From positions 886,393 to 950,392 of the forward strand of contig NW_015169789.1 of the NCBI RefSeq assembly GCF_001447785.1: a stretch of 64,000 bases of DNA, read 5' to 3'. Each line of letters starts with the position of its first letter. Position 1 is the first letter of the stretch. This stretch comes from Gekko japonicus (taxonomy: Eukaryota). The position numbers and the translations under genes were made by a program. The notes under the pieces are model-generated. The model worked only from the letters and a program-made list of their open reading frames with translations, had not been told where the DNA came from and did no database searches. Below, in pieces: positions 13,169 to 23,933 of this stretch.

Positions 13169-13276
13169 CACAGATCACCCATCTCCTGAACTGAGCCAGC
13201 TCGGGTTACTTTCCAATTTTTTTTACCACTCCTTCCTTCCTGCTTTGTTTGGAGTAGGGGAGAGAGAGGGTGTTTT
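13169..13276 (+). repeat. Left copy of the host-DNA direct duplication flanking the Ngaro element
   Basis: Identical to 16972-17099 apart from 14-bp and 6-bp indels. Confidence 0.95.
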
Positions 13277-13712
13277 GCCCCCATACTCGGAATAAAGAGT
13301 CAGACACAGAAAGTGGGATAAAACTATGGGCCACTTTATTAAATTCACAGTCGAGAACAACGGCAAGGGCAAATATGTGAAGCGGCACGATCCGGGCCAG
13401 GGGTCAGCGTTGACCCTTCCCCAGTTGTAGGACGCGGAGCCACCCACCCCCAGCTTGAGCCAACCTGTGTGGCTCCCCACTGGCGGGCACCACGAAAGAC
13501 ATGCCCTGGAGATCCAGCCCCAAGTCGTAGAACTTAAGCGGCCGATCGATCCATGCAGTCCCCAAGGTAGTTTGCCATATTATCCCCGGGTCGCTCAACC
13601 CAAAGGCTAATCTGGCCAAACTCCTATCGCCTGAAGTAATTAATTGGTGCTCGCGTTAGCCGCATCTCAGTTATCAGCCCCAATCCTGCCACAGCCGAGG
13701 TCAAGCCTCAGC

Positions 13713-14314
13713 TTAGGCCGATGCCCCCACCGAGAGGCTTAATGCCTCCTGCAGCCCTTGCCGTATGTCCTCCAAAAAAATGTCATTCCCTTGCTCAGAG
13801 AGGTGTACCCCATCCGGCCTATAAAGCTCCATGCATCTAGGATGAATGCGCGGATGGGGCAGAAAGCGGCCCAACCCCGCATCCAGAACTTTCTTAATAT
13901 CTCTGTTAGCTTTCTGGCGGGCCCGATCAATCCCCTCTGGGCTCAAGACATCGCGCCAGACCCTCCTGGGAATCATTGCCGACCATATTATACTCACCCC
14001 CGGCCAACGTGCCCGGATGATCTGCAAATCCTCAATAGCCTGGAGGGTCAAGGCTTTACCTTTTACCAACCCCAGGTCATTACCTCCCAGGTGCACCACC
14101 AGCACGTCAGGGGGAATGCGCGTGGGCCCCTGAAACAACAAAGACAAGAGGCCGGCCCAGTGAAGTCCATGGTGCCCCTGCCATTCAATGGTGGCCCATT
14201 GACTAAGGCCCAGCTGAGATCCACACGCAGTTCTCCTTGCCCGATGCGCTGCCCAAAAGACAAAGCTGTGGCCACAGATGAGAACCTGCTTCCTCTCAAC
14301 GGTCCCTAAACAAC
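13713..14314 (-). CDS. SGNH/GDSL-type hydrolase of the Ngaro element (~200 aa; frame open from 14333, no ATG before the catalytic Ser)
   Basis: Extending ORF 13713-14147 upstream in frame gives VLICGHSFVFWA (block I Ser, GHS at 14273-14265), then WQGHHGLHW, VVHLGGNDL (block III) and RPDGVHLS (block V). Confidence 0.85.
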
Positions 14315-14403
14315 CTACGAAGGAAATGACAGATTAATCCAAAGAACAGAAAACCATGAAGAGGAAACAGGGGCGCCCACATATTGAAACCACCGTGTAT
14401 ACC

Positions 14404-15350
14404 CTAAGTGGACGGAAAGGGGCGCGCATATGACTTATAGGCGGCAGAGCGCCACCTACCTAGTCGCTGAATGTCCGGAGAAGAGTAACCCATGGCTGCC
14501 GCCGTAGATGCTGCCCCAATCCGAAAGGAATGTGTGCCAAACCTTGCTCCCGACAAGCCCAACTTCGACAGGTCCCGCGTGGTCACTGTCCAAAATTGGT
14601 GCTTAGTAAGCGGACTGCCATCCTCATGGCGAAACAACCAGCCATCATCCCTTCCCCGAACTGCAACATAGCTAACCAGGGCCGACACTGGGCATAGCTC
14701 CGGATCCGCACATGGCCCCAGACTGAGCATAGCCCCCCTTCGGCGCTGGTCAGTCTTGGACCGCCGAACCTTTATGAAAGCCCGACCGGAATGCATGGTA
14801 AGGTCTGCCATAAACAAGGCCTGATCGGAGGAGTCCCCCTTGGACTGTGCGACCAGCTCGCTGACCCTGAGGGCCCCAAAGAAGGCTACCAGGGCTGCTG
14901 CGTGAAAGAGATGTGCCTCAAAGTCAGAGCTACAGACCTGGCCCCACACCCTCTTCAGGCCCTTGAGTACAGCTGGTGAAATCGGCTGCCTGGTGTCCAC
15001 TCGCTGGCCATCCTCCCTAGACCATCCCTCAAGCATTTTCCTAAGCCTAAAGTCATTAGTGTCCTCTCGGTATCCCAATGCCTTGCTGGCGAAAGCCAGG
15101 GCGGAAAGACGACCCTTAATAGAGCGGACTGCAAGCCCCTTACCTTTCAAATCAACGCAGTAGTGGATCAACTGGTCCACTAGCAGGGGCCAAAGCACAT
15201 GATATCCTACCTCCGACCTAAACTCTTCAAATTGGCGTATTGCCCGCTCATAAGATTTTCTGGTACTGGGAGCTATGGCAAGGCCTATTGCCCTACAGGT
15301 CTCTACCTTCCAAGCTGCCACAGCTCCGGGGGGATCCGTGCCGGATGAAG
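14404..15350 (-). CDS. Tyrosine recombinase of the Ngaro element (uninterrupted frame)
   Basis: Catalytic residues R (FFGALRVSEL), K (RRSKTDQ), HxxR (GTHSFRIGAAS), W (LGRWRS) and Y (AYKSYAR) are present, after an N-terminal APSTRKSY binding domain. Confidence 0.9.
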
Positions 15351-16900
15351 ATTGGCTCCAGGGGGTCAGCTGACGAAATCTCTCCATCTGTTTGCGAGAG
15401 AGAGCGTCAGCGACCCCGTTATCAACCCCCGGAACATGCTTGGCCAAAAAAAAATATTAAGTCTCAGACAGCGCAGCGTGAAGGCTCTGACTAGGGCCAT
15501 AACCCACGTGGACCTAGACGTCAATGAGTTAATAACGTGGACCACTGCTAAGTTATCGCACCAAAATTGAACCCTGTGATTAGCGAATGCATCGCCCCAG
15601 AGCCAAACAGCGACCAGTATGGGGAAAAACTCAAGGAAAGCTGAGACCTGCCACCACCCAATCCAGGGGCCAATTTTCTGCGCACCAATGCCCTTGGAAA
15701 AATACCCCGAAGCCCAGAGAACCTACCGCATCTGAGTGCACTTGCAGCTCTGCCCTAAGCCGAAGGTCCGTCCTCCAAAAAGACACCCCATTAAATTCAC
15801 GTAAAAACTCATGCCAGACCTGCATGTCAGCTCGCATGCTGGAAGTGACACGAGTCCTATGATGTGGGAGGCGGAGGCCGGACATAGCATCACAAAGCCG
15901 CCGCAGGAACGCACGGCCTGGGGCCACCACTTTACAAGCAAAATTAACGTGACCCGCTAACTGTTGAAGCTCCAACAGCGATACCTTCTGCTTAGACAGA
16001 AGACTGGAGACCCGGCTCAACAAATCTCGCACTTTGCTCTCAGGCAGGCGGGACAGCTGAGCTACCGTATCGAGCTCAATACCAAGAAAAGTCAAGCGCG
16101 AGACTGGTCCCTCTGTTTTTTCATGAGCAAGCTACACCCCCAATTCGGTGGTTAGCTCCAGAAAACCATCAAGCAGTGACCTACATTGCCCAGACCCTGC
16201 AGGCCCAACAAAAAGGAAATCATCCAGACAGTGCGCCACCCCCAGAAGACCCGAACTCTTTCGGACCACCCACTCCAAAAAGGAGCTGAAGCGCTCAAAA
16301 GCTGCACATGACACCGAGCAGCCCATAGGCAGTGCCCGGTCCATGTAAAACTGTCCCTCAAATGAGAAACCTAGCAGCTCAAAATCCCGTGGGTGCACGG
16401 GGAGGAGGCGAAACACGGACTTGACGTCGCATTTGGCCAACTCTGCGCCTGGACCACAGCGCCGTACCACCCGCACAGCCTGGTCAAAGACGTGTACCGC
16501 ACTGAGCATAAGTCATCCGGGATCCCATCGTTAACTGAGCTTCCCTTGAGAAATGAAAGATGATGAATGTGCCGGAATTCACCAGGTGCTTTTTTGGGTA
16601 CTACTCCAAGCGGAGAAACCCAGAGGTTGGGCACAGGGGGTGTGGCAAACGGACCCAGGATCCTGCCTTCCACCCTTTCCTTCTCAATCTTTTTCCTAAC
16701 TACTGCTTCCAAACCCCGAACAGAAGAAAGGTTGTTGGCCATAACGGGTCCCCGCGGGCCAACATATGGTATACGAAAGCCAAACTTAAAACCCTCTAAC
16801 AGATACGTGGCGTCATTTCTAAGGGGGTAATTCACCAGCCAAGCCTCAAGAACCGTCAGGTTAATGGGGCTGGGCCCCTTTACCATGAGCTTGGTTGCCT
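15300..16900 (-). pseudogene. Disrupted RT/RNase H of the Ngaro element
   Basis: Motifs SPLGVVPKK, AKCDVKSVFRLLPV, LPMGC, HCLDDF (YxDD motif with Y to C), TFLGIELD, HSDA and KHVPGVDNGVADALSR. Frameshifts near 16490, 15640 and 15363 and an in-frame stop at 16134-16132. Confidence 0.88.
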
Positions 16901-16971
16901 CCACCACCCCCTTGCCTCTTTTGCCCTCTCCTAGGTCGAGCCTTGGGGCAGTTGCTAAAGGAGTGTGGGCC

Positions 16972-17099
16972 CACAGATCACCCATCTCCTGAACTTTGTC
17001 CTGAAAACTGAGCCAGCTCGGGTTACTTTCCAATTTTTTTTACCACTCCTTCCTTCCTGCTTTGTTTGATGGTGGAGTAGGGGAGAGAGAGGGTGTTTT
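16972..17099 (+). repeat. Right copy of the host-DNA direct duplication flanking the Ngaro element
   Basis: cacagatcacccatctcctgaa...gagagagggtgtttt repeats 13169-13276. Confidence 0.95.
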
Positions 17100-17451
17100 C
17101 TCCTCCGGCCTCCCAGTTGCTGCTCCCTTTCCCTTTGTATATAATTGGTCAGAGCTGAAACTAGCAGAACTATGTAGTGAGTGTGAAAGATCCCACCCCT
17201 CCCTATTCCAGATCTTTGGAACAAAAGAGGCTGGAAAGAACATTTGGACCTTGTTGGACTCTTTTTTTCACCCAAATTGCATGACCCCCCATTGTTTGTT
17301 TCTTCTTCCCAGAATGAAAGTGCTGCAATCCAACTACAGCAATTAAACTAGAGTCTGTGAGCCTGGCAGCATCTAACACCAATCCTAAAATCAGGACCTA
17401 GAAAATCTGCTTTTTTTCCTCCTTCATTTCTTAATTTTCATAACTTCTGCC

Positions 17452-17530
17452 CTGGTGAAGAGTTCTGGTGAGCTCAAAAGCTTGCACAATGTTTTGTGTC
17501 ATTCTAGTTGGCCCCAATGAGTATAATATG
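17452..17530 (+). mobile_element. Penelope-like terminal remnant with a degenerate minimal hammerhead
   Basis: ctggtgaag-agttc-tggt-gagct-caaaagct resembles CTGANGA-stem-GAAA with both core boxes mutated. Confidence 0.45.
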
Positions 17531-17747
17531 GATTTTTATTCTTTCTGGAGAGCCAAAAGAACTGTCATTCCCCCCCCCCATTGTCTTAGTTGCAGCCCCT
17601 TTCTCCTGTTCCATACAAGATTAGACAGTTTTGCTTTAGGCACTTTCATGTAATACAGGAAACGAGGCTGCAAAATTCAGGGGGGGGGGGAAGGGGGAAG
17701 ACAAAAATGCTTTAACATCTCAGACCCTGTTTTCTTTTCTTTGGGAG

Positions 17748-17913
17748 AGGGGCCGTGGCTCAGTGGTAGAGTACCCGGTCTATACACAGAAGGTCCCAGG
17801 CTCAGTAACTGGCATATGTAGTTAAAAGAAGGAGGTGGTAAGAAAGGCTGCTACCTGTAATCTTGGAGAGCCACTGCCAGTCTTTGTCTGATCCAGCATA
17901 CAACAGCTTCATG
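17748..17913 (+). mobile_element. tRNA-derived SINE (Squam3-like)
   Basis: Box A tggctcagtggtagag, a degenerate box B, and body ggagagccactgccagtc shared with the copies at 21165, 52732 and 57231. Confidence 0.7.
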
Positions 17914-20346
17914 GGGTCATACGCTCAAGAGTCTGAAGGAAGGAACTGTATTTCTCCTTTTAGGAGTTCCAAAATAGTCTAGAATCCTTAAAGCTCATCT
18001 CAGGTAGGTAACTGACCTGCACATTAGGTTGGACAGGTCCTGCTTCTTGGTGATAGAAATGTTTGATAAGCCATCCATTTGGGATGTGGAACTGGTCATG
18101 GTGAGGGGGCTTAAATAATTCCTTTTTAAAAAAACAAAACACACAGTTCCGGAATTAGAAAAGAATATATGTATTCTCAATGGAAAACCAGGATTCCATA
18201 GAAAATATGTATGGTATATACATTTTGTGTATCTCACAAATTTAACTCCCTGATAATAGAATTTATGGCCAGATAATTAATAATGCCTGACCTCAGCATT
18301 TGCTGGAATGTGGGAACTTGATCATGTACAACAGTGTACTTCACTGTTTGAGCATGGTAAAATGGCCAGTTGACCCAGGCAGTCCAGTATTTTCACTGAC
18401 TGTTTAGGAAAAACTCTGAACAATATCAGACCTTTAAATGACCAGTATTTTTTTCAGTATCTCCCTGAAAATACCAGACTGTCCAAATCAATACTGGACA
18501 CCTGGTATTTACATACAATATTAATCCCTTCTATGTCACAAAGGCCCCAGGCAACAAATTTCCTTGCCCTTGATGGTATGTGAAGGACAGGCAAAAGTTT
18601 CAGTAGGACTGCAATTTCAGATTCACACAGCTGTCCTTAACTAGAGTTACTTTCCTTGTCTCTGGAGAAGGAAATTGGGTTTGCTAATCTACATGGCTCA
18701 CAGACAGTAATAAATAAATAAATACATCTTTTTGAATCGGGGGGGGGGGTGTCAATGGCAAGGAACAGTAGGTACTCTGCAATTTCCCACAGCTGCAACA
18801 TCAGCAAGCTGATATTCTGCAACATCCCCAACAAAAGGATAATGCAATACCTAATGCACAACTTGGCAGCTTCTTCAACCCATCAGCTCACATGCCAAGG
18901 AACTCCCACTTAATTAGGCCAGAAGAACTAAGGCAGGTATGACCACTGTGAACTTCCACAGCCTTGCCTACATTTGGAGGCTTTTCGTGTGTCCACTTGG
19001 TGTACTGCAGAGGTACAATGGCTGCTATGATGATGTGGCAGGTGTGACTATAAGTGGAAGAATAGCTCCATAGTGGTAACACGAACAAGGAAAAAAAACA
19101 TACCACAGGCTATAGAGGAGATTGGACTCAGTTTGCAAGTAATATCCATGCAGGGGACCATAAAAATACTTCTCCGTGGGCTATTATATTGCTGGCTCCT
19201 GACCAAAAGAAATACAAAACAATCCATGAACAAAAAAATTAATTTCTTCCCATCCACATGTTCACAACAGATACTCATCAAAAAAAAAAAAATTGAGGAA
19301 GTTGAGCCTTGGAATTAGGAAGAAAACATGTGACTTTATGAATACTGTGTACCTAATGATCAAGGGCAGAACTGGAGATTGGATGCAGACCTATTAATCG
19401 TTTCATACTAGGAAAAAAAATGTAGTGGGAGATACCCTGTTGCCTATCCTTGTTTCATCAAAGACCTTTCAACCTCTTTGGGGCTGTTATGAAGCTCAAC
19501 TATACTCCCACCCTGCACACGCACACTTTGTAGTCCTGTTTGTCAGCTTCAAAAAACCGCCCTTCTTTGGGGGGGGGCAGGTTCAGAAGAGGGTGAAGTA
19601 CTTGCAGTATGGTTGCATAGTTGCAAAGCTCGCCCTACCAACACACATACATTAGGCATCTGAGGCAACTGAGCCTCTTCATAATCCAGGTTCGCTGCTG
19701 TGATGCTATATATATATATTTTAAATCTTACCCTATGTAGTGGTGTCACTGAGAGCAAATGAAACGACACTAATTCAGGTGAGGGTGGAGTGAACATGCA
19801 TTGCCATCATTCTGAATGAGCTTCATCCCCAACAACACCATTGCATAGTTAAGTCTCATTGGCTACATGATAGCTTGTTTTTTTCAAGGGGGTACTTATT
19901 TTTTCTTGTTTTAACAGCATCAGAGCAGCAGATTACACTAAGAACTGGTGCCAAAGAGACAGGTATTTGCCACCCTCTCCTGCAACCCTCTTTCTGTGAA
20001 TGTGTGGCTCAGCTCTTGATTACTCAAAATGATGTTGATGTGTAGGGGTGACCTGGTCAGCTACACATGACAACATCTGATCCTGCTAGTTGTAGTTATC
20101 TAATGGTATATAAAAACTTGTGGCCCAGGTGGATGTGTCCCTGGGTGCATTTTATTTAAAAAAGACCAAAATACAACCAGCCAGTTCAATGGGACCTGGA
20201 TGAGACTGGAATGTGTACTTAGATGTGTTTATGCATCAGCTGGATGTATGGATGTCTGCTTTTGTACACATATCTGCCTTGCTGGATTGGAAAGGAAGAC
20301 TTTTTACATCTATTTAGAGATGACAATATGTCCCTAGAAAGAATAA

Positions 20347-20680
20347 AGATAAAGGTAAAGGTTTCCCTTCCTTGAAAGCTAGTCAAATCCGACTCTAAGG
20401 GGCGGTGCTCATCTCTGTTTCCAAGCCAACCAACCAGCGCTGTCCAAAGACGTTTCCGTGGTCATGTGGCCGGCATGACTAAACGCTGAGACGCACAGAA
20501 CACTGTTACTGTTGACCTTCCCACTGAAGCGGTACTTATTTATCTACTTGCAATTTCTTGCTTTTGAACTACTAGGTTGGCAGGAGCTGGGGCCAGAGAC
20601 AGGAGCTCACTCCGTCTCGAACTGCCGATTTACAGACCTTCCAGTCTGCAGCTTTAGCATCTTAACCTCTGAGCCACCGA
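20347..20680 (-). mobile_element. Sauria SINE
   Basis: (ACCTTT)n tail (aaaggtaaaggt on the plus strand) and the characteristic body gtggtcatgtggccggcatgact...tatttatctacttgca. Confidence 0.85.
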
Positions 20681-21164
20681 ATAGTCCATCATAAATCCCA
20701 CACATGTTTGCAATACAGAGGCACTAAATAACTAGCAAGGACTAAAATCGTGAACTTTGAGAAGCAGGTCCAAATCCAAAACAAAATCAAAACCACCTTA
20801 CAAAGATATGATGTTTTAACACATCTTAAATTTACTTATGTGGGGTTCATAACAGATATGGCAGAAAGTTTCTGACTAGCTCTCAAACCCCTTAAGGAGA
20901 AAGCTGTATGAGCTTTCTATGAAATGGAGGGCAAAAAGCCTATTGACTAAATAAAACCTGCAATAAAGCAGCCACTAACACTTTTTTTCACAGTGTCATC
21001 CTACTCACTCATTTGTGATATGAAATGCTGAGAACTGCTTTAATTAGAGAATATACTACTTGGGGATAAAAATTTGAGAAATCTCTGTATGTACACAGTG
21101 GCTTGCAATTTCTTCAGGTATGCAGAACTACTGCAGCCATTTATAAATTCAGCATGTTGTGGAA

Positions 21165-21343
21165 GGGCAGTGGCTCAGTGGTAGAACATCTGCTTGGCAT
21201 GCTGAAGGTCTCAGGTTCAATCCCCGGCATCTCTAGTTGAAAGGATCTGGCAGTAGGTGACACAGAGCTGCTGCCAGTCTGAGTAGCCAGTACTGACCTC
21301 GATGAGCCAATGGTCTGATTCAGTATAAGGTAGTTTTATGTGT
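21165..21343 (+). mobile_element. tRNA-derived SINE (Squam3-like)
   Basis: Box A tggctcagtggtagaa, box B ggttcaatcc, and 3' end aatggtctgattcagtataagg. Confidence 0.8.
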
Positions 21344-21897
21344 TGATGTTATCTGAACATTATTCATTGCTATACAACATATGAAAAAGAAACACTGGTT
21401 TCTGATGTTACCATTATCAAAGCAGTCCACACCCAGTATATTAGGATCAGACCACAGAGCTGGTGACACCAGAGTTGTTATTGAAGCTCCAGATATGTCA
21501 CTGGGTCCTGAAAAGCAACCATGGGAGTGATAGGGGGTCAGGTCTGTGGTACTGGGGAAGGGGAGGCAGTCCTTCCCTTTATAATATTTTGCTGATTCAA
21601 AATACACCCCCTTTAAGCTCTAGTAGGGAAAAAGGCACCCATAGAATTCCCATCTTTTTTCCCTATGAGGGTTTATAGTAGGTGGGGGAGCATTTTCTAT
21701 CAGGGTAACAGTACGGAAGAGTTTGAGGAGATGAGGAGGGATGGAAATAAACACATTTACATAGGACTCCCCATTCTACTGCAGCTGTTTCTAAAATCCC
21801 AATAATACTTCTAGAGTTTCAGCCATGGAGTCCCAAAAGTCATGCATAACTTGACCTAGTAGATCCAGATAACAAGGAGCCATGAGTGCTGCTGACC

Positions 21898-22089
21898 TAG
21901 GGTTACCAACATCCCGGAAGGGGCCTGAATTTCTTCTGGAATTGCTAGAGTGGTCAGTTCCCCTGGAGGAAATGGCACCTTTGGAGGGTAGACTCTATGG
22001 CATCACATCTTGAGTCCCCCCCAACTCAGCTCTCCCCAGGCTGTACCCCAAATATCCAGGAATTTCCAAACCCAGAGTTGGCTACCCTA
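21898..22089. mobile_element. hAT-like MITE (TAGGGTTGCCA family)
   Basis: Ends tagggttaccaac / gttggctacccta; decayed 8-bp TSD (tgctgacc/cacttacc). Confidence 0.65.
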
Positions 22090-22107
22090 CACTTACCTGT
22101 ATCACCC

Positions 22108-23040
22108 TAGAATCATAGAATCATGGAGATGGAAGGGACCTCCAGGAAATTCACAAAAACCTCCCCCTCCACACCCGCAGTGCCCGCTGTTCCACGCCCA
22201 GAAGATGACAAAAAAACCTCCAGGATCCCTGGCCAAACTGGCCTGGAGAATAAATTGCTTCCTGACCCCAAAGTGGCAATCAGCATTTCCCTGGGCGTGT
22301 AAGAAAGGGCCACAAAAACTAAGCACTGAGGCAACCCTTCCTGCACTCTCACTCATGATCTGCCTAAATTCACAGAATCCGTATTGCTGTCAGATGGCCA
22401 TCTAGCCTCTGTTTGAAAACCTCTAAAGAAGGAGAGCCCACCACCTCCCGAGGAAGCCTGTTGCACTGAGGAACCACTCTAACTGTCAGGAAGTTCTTCC
22501 TAATGTTTAGGTGAAAACTCTTATGATTTAATTTCAACCCATTGGTTCTGGTCCAACCTTCTGAGACAACAGAAACAACCCCGTACCATCCTCTAGATGA
22601 TAGCCCTTCAAGTACTTGAAGATGGTTATCATATTACCTCTCAGTCATCTCCTCTCCAGGCTAAACATACCCAGCTCCTTCAACCTTTCCTCATAGGACT
22701 TGGTCTCTATACCCCTCACCATCTTCATTGCTCTCCTCTGGACACATTCCAGCTTGTCTATATCCTTCCTAAATTGTGGTGCCCAAAACTGACCACAATT
22801 CTCTAGGTGAGGTCTAACCAGAGCAAAGTGGTACCATCACTCTGCGTGATCTGGACACTATACTCCTGCTGATACAGCCCAAAATCGCATTTGCCTTTTT
22901 AGCCACCGCATCACACTGCTGACTCCTGTTCAGTGTATGGTCCACTAAGACCCCTAGATCTTTTTCACACATACTGCTGCCAAGACAAGCCTCCCCAACC
23001 TATAATTCTGCATTTGATTTTCCTACCCAAATGCAGAACC
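22108..23040 (-). mobile_element. CR1 LINE 3' part
   Basis: (ATTCTATG)n tail at the left end; near-identical reverse complement of ~39370-40341. Confidence 0.9.
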
Positions 23041-23122
23041 TCTATGTTTCTTTGCTAGCATGTAAATGAAAAAGCATGGTGTGACATCACCACATTTGCA
23101 TGGTTCAGAAGGGACAGCCAAC

Positions 23123-23372
23123 TAGGGTTGCCAGGTCCCCCCTGGCCACTGGCAGGGGATGGGGTGAGTGGGTAGGGGTGTCAGGTCCAGGCTGGGAAAC
23201 TCCTGGAGCTTTGGGGGTGTAGCCTGGGGAGGACAAGGACCTCAGTGGGGCACAGTGTCAAAGTCCACCCTCCAAAGCATCCATTTTCTCCAGGGGAACT
23301 GATCTCTGTAGTCGGGAGGTGAGCTGTAATTCTGGGGGATCCCCAGGTCCCACCTGGAGGCTGGCATCCCTA
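23123..23372. mobile_element. hAT-like MITE (TAGGGTTGCCA family)
   Basis: TIR tagggttgccag / ctggcatcccta; 8-bp TSD cagccaac/cagccaat. Confidence 0.85.
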
Positions 23373-23494
23373 CAGCCAATGTAGCAGAGCAAGGTATGGA
23401 GAAATGCTAATATGGTGTTCCCATTTCAGCTGCATGTTGTAGAGGCGGCATATTTCTTAATCTAAACTACAAACCATGCCTGTTAAGCTACTGA

Positions 23495-23933
23495 GGCCCT
23501 GTTCACACGAGAGGTTTTGGGCCAGGAGAGGGACGGATCGGGGCCACAGCAAATGGGCGCGATCCCACAGCAACATCTGGGAATCGTGCTGTACCCGTTC
23601 CCAGCCCGTTCCCAATCCGCCCCTCCCGGCCAAACCCTGCAGCAAAAAAGAACCACCTACCTAGGTGGTTCTTTCCGAAAGGCCGCATCACTGCCGGCGT
23701 GTCTTTCCGCCGGCGCATCCCCGGCCTCCGGCCATACTGCGCATGCTCGAGCATGCGCAGTTCGGCAGCCTCCCCCTCCCAATTGTCTCTTCCTCCCCGG
23801 CATCTGATCGTGCCGGGGAGCAACGGCGCCGCGGCTCAGGGGATCGTGGGATCCCGCTGCGGCGTCTCTTTTTTGGTGCGGCTTTTAAAAGCCGCACTTT
23901 GGCCAGTGTTTTCCCTGCCGTGTGGCAGGGACC
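23495..23933. mobile_element. CpG-rich Harbinger-like MITE with central palindrome (copy 1)
   Basis: Imperfect TIR ggccctgttcacacg / cgtgtggcagggacc with tga/taa flanks. Perfect 26-bp palindrome actgcgcatgctcgagcatgcgcagt at 23736-23761. Homologous to 35156-35587. Confidence 0.7.

Larger units (their letters stand above)
13277..16971 (-). mobile_element. Ngaro-type tyrosine-recombinase retrotransposon (DIRS order), 5'-truncated
   Basis: Gene order is gag tail, RT/RNase H, tyrosine recombinase, SGNH hydrolase, then a 3' region with AATAAA (13340-13335). A hydrolase downstream of YR is the arrangement described for some vertebrate Ngaro elements. Confidence 0.9.

Noticed and set aside
13758-14309. 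183-aa plus-strand ORF and other long ORFs (9460-9987, 41051-41557, 43023-43514, 45949-46500, 61788-62300)
   Set aside because: They are antisense shadows of TE ORFs or GC-rich/low-complexity open frames with no recognisable domain or splice support.
14404-15447. Apparent novel RNase H-tyrosine recombinase fusion ORF (347 aa)
   Set aside because: An extra base in the G5 run at 15361-15365 shifts the RNase H tail into the overlapping YR frame. Removing it restores ...QLTPGANLHPARIPPELWQLGR*, so this is most likely a decay or sequencing frameshift.
13169-17099. Flanking direct repeats as LTRs or Ngaro split repeats
   Set aside because: There are no TG...CA ends, PBS or PPT, the composition is host-like, and the right copy interrupts gag. 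I therefore treat them as a host duplication pending a genome-wide search.
21165-21232. tRNA gene (also at 17748, 44139, 57231 and 63357)
   Set aside because: The tRNA-like heads run into shared SINE bodies and lack a proper acceptor stem and terminator.
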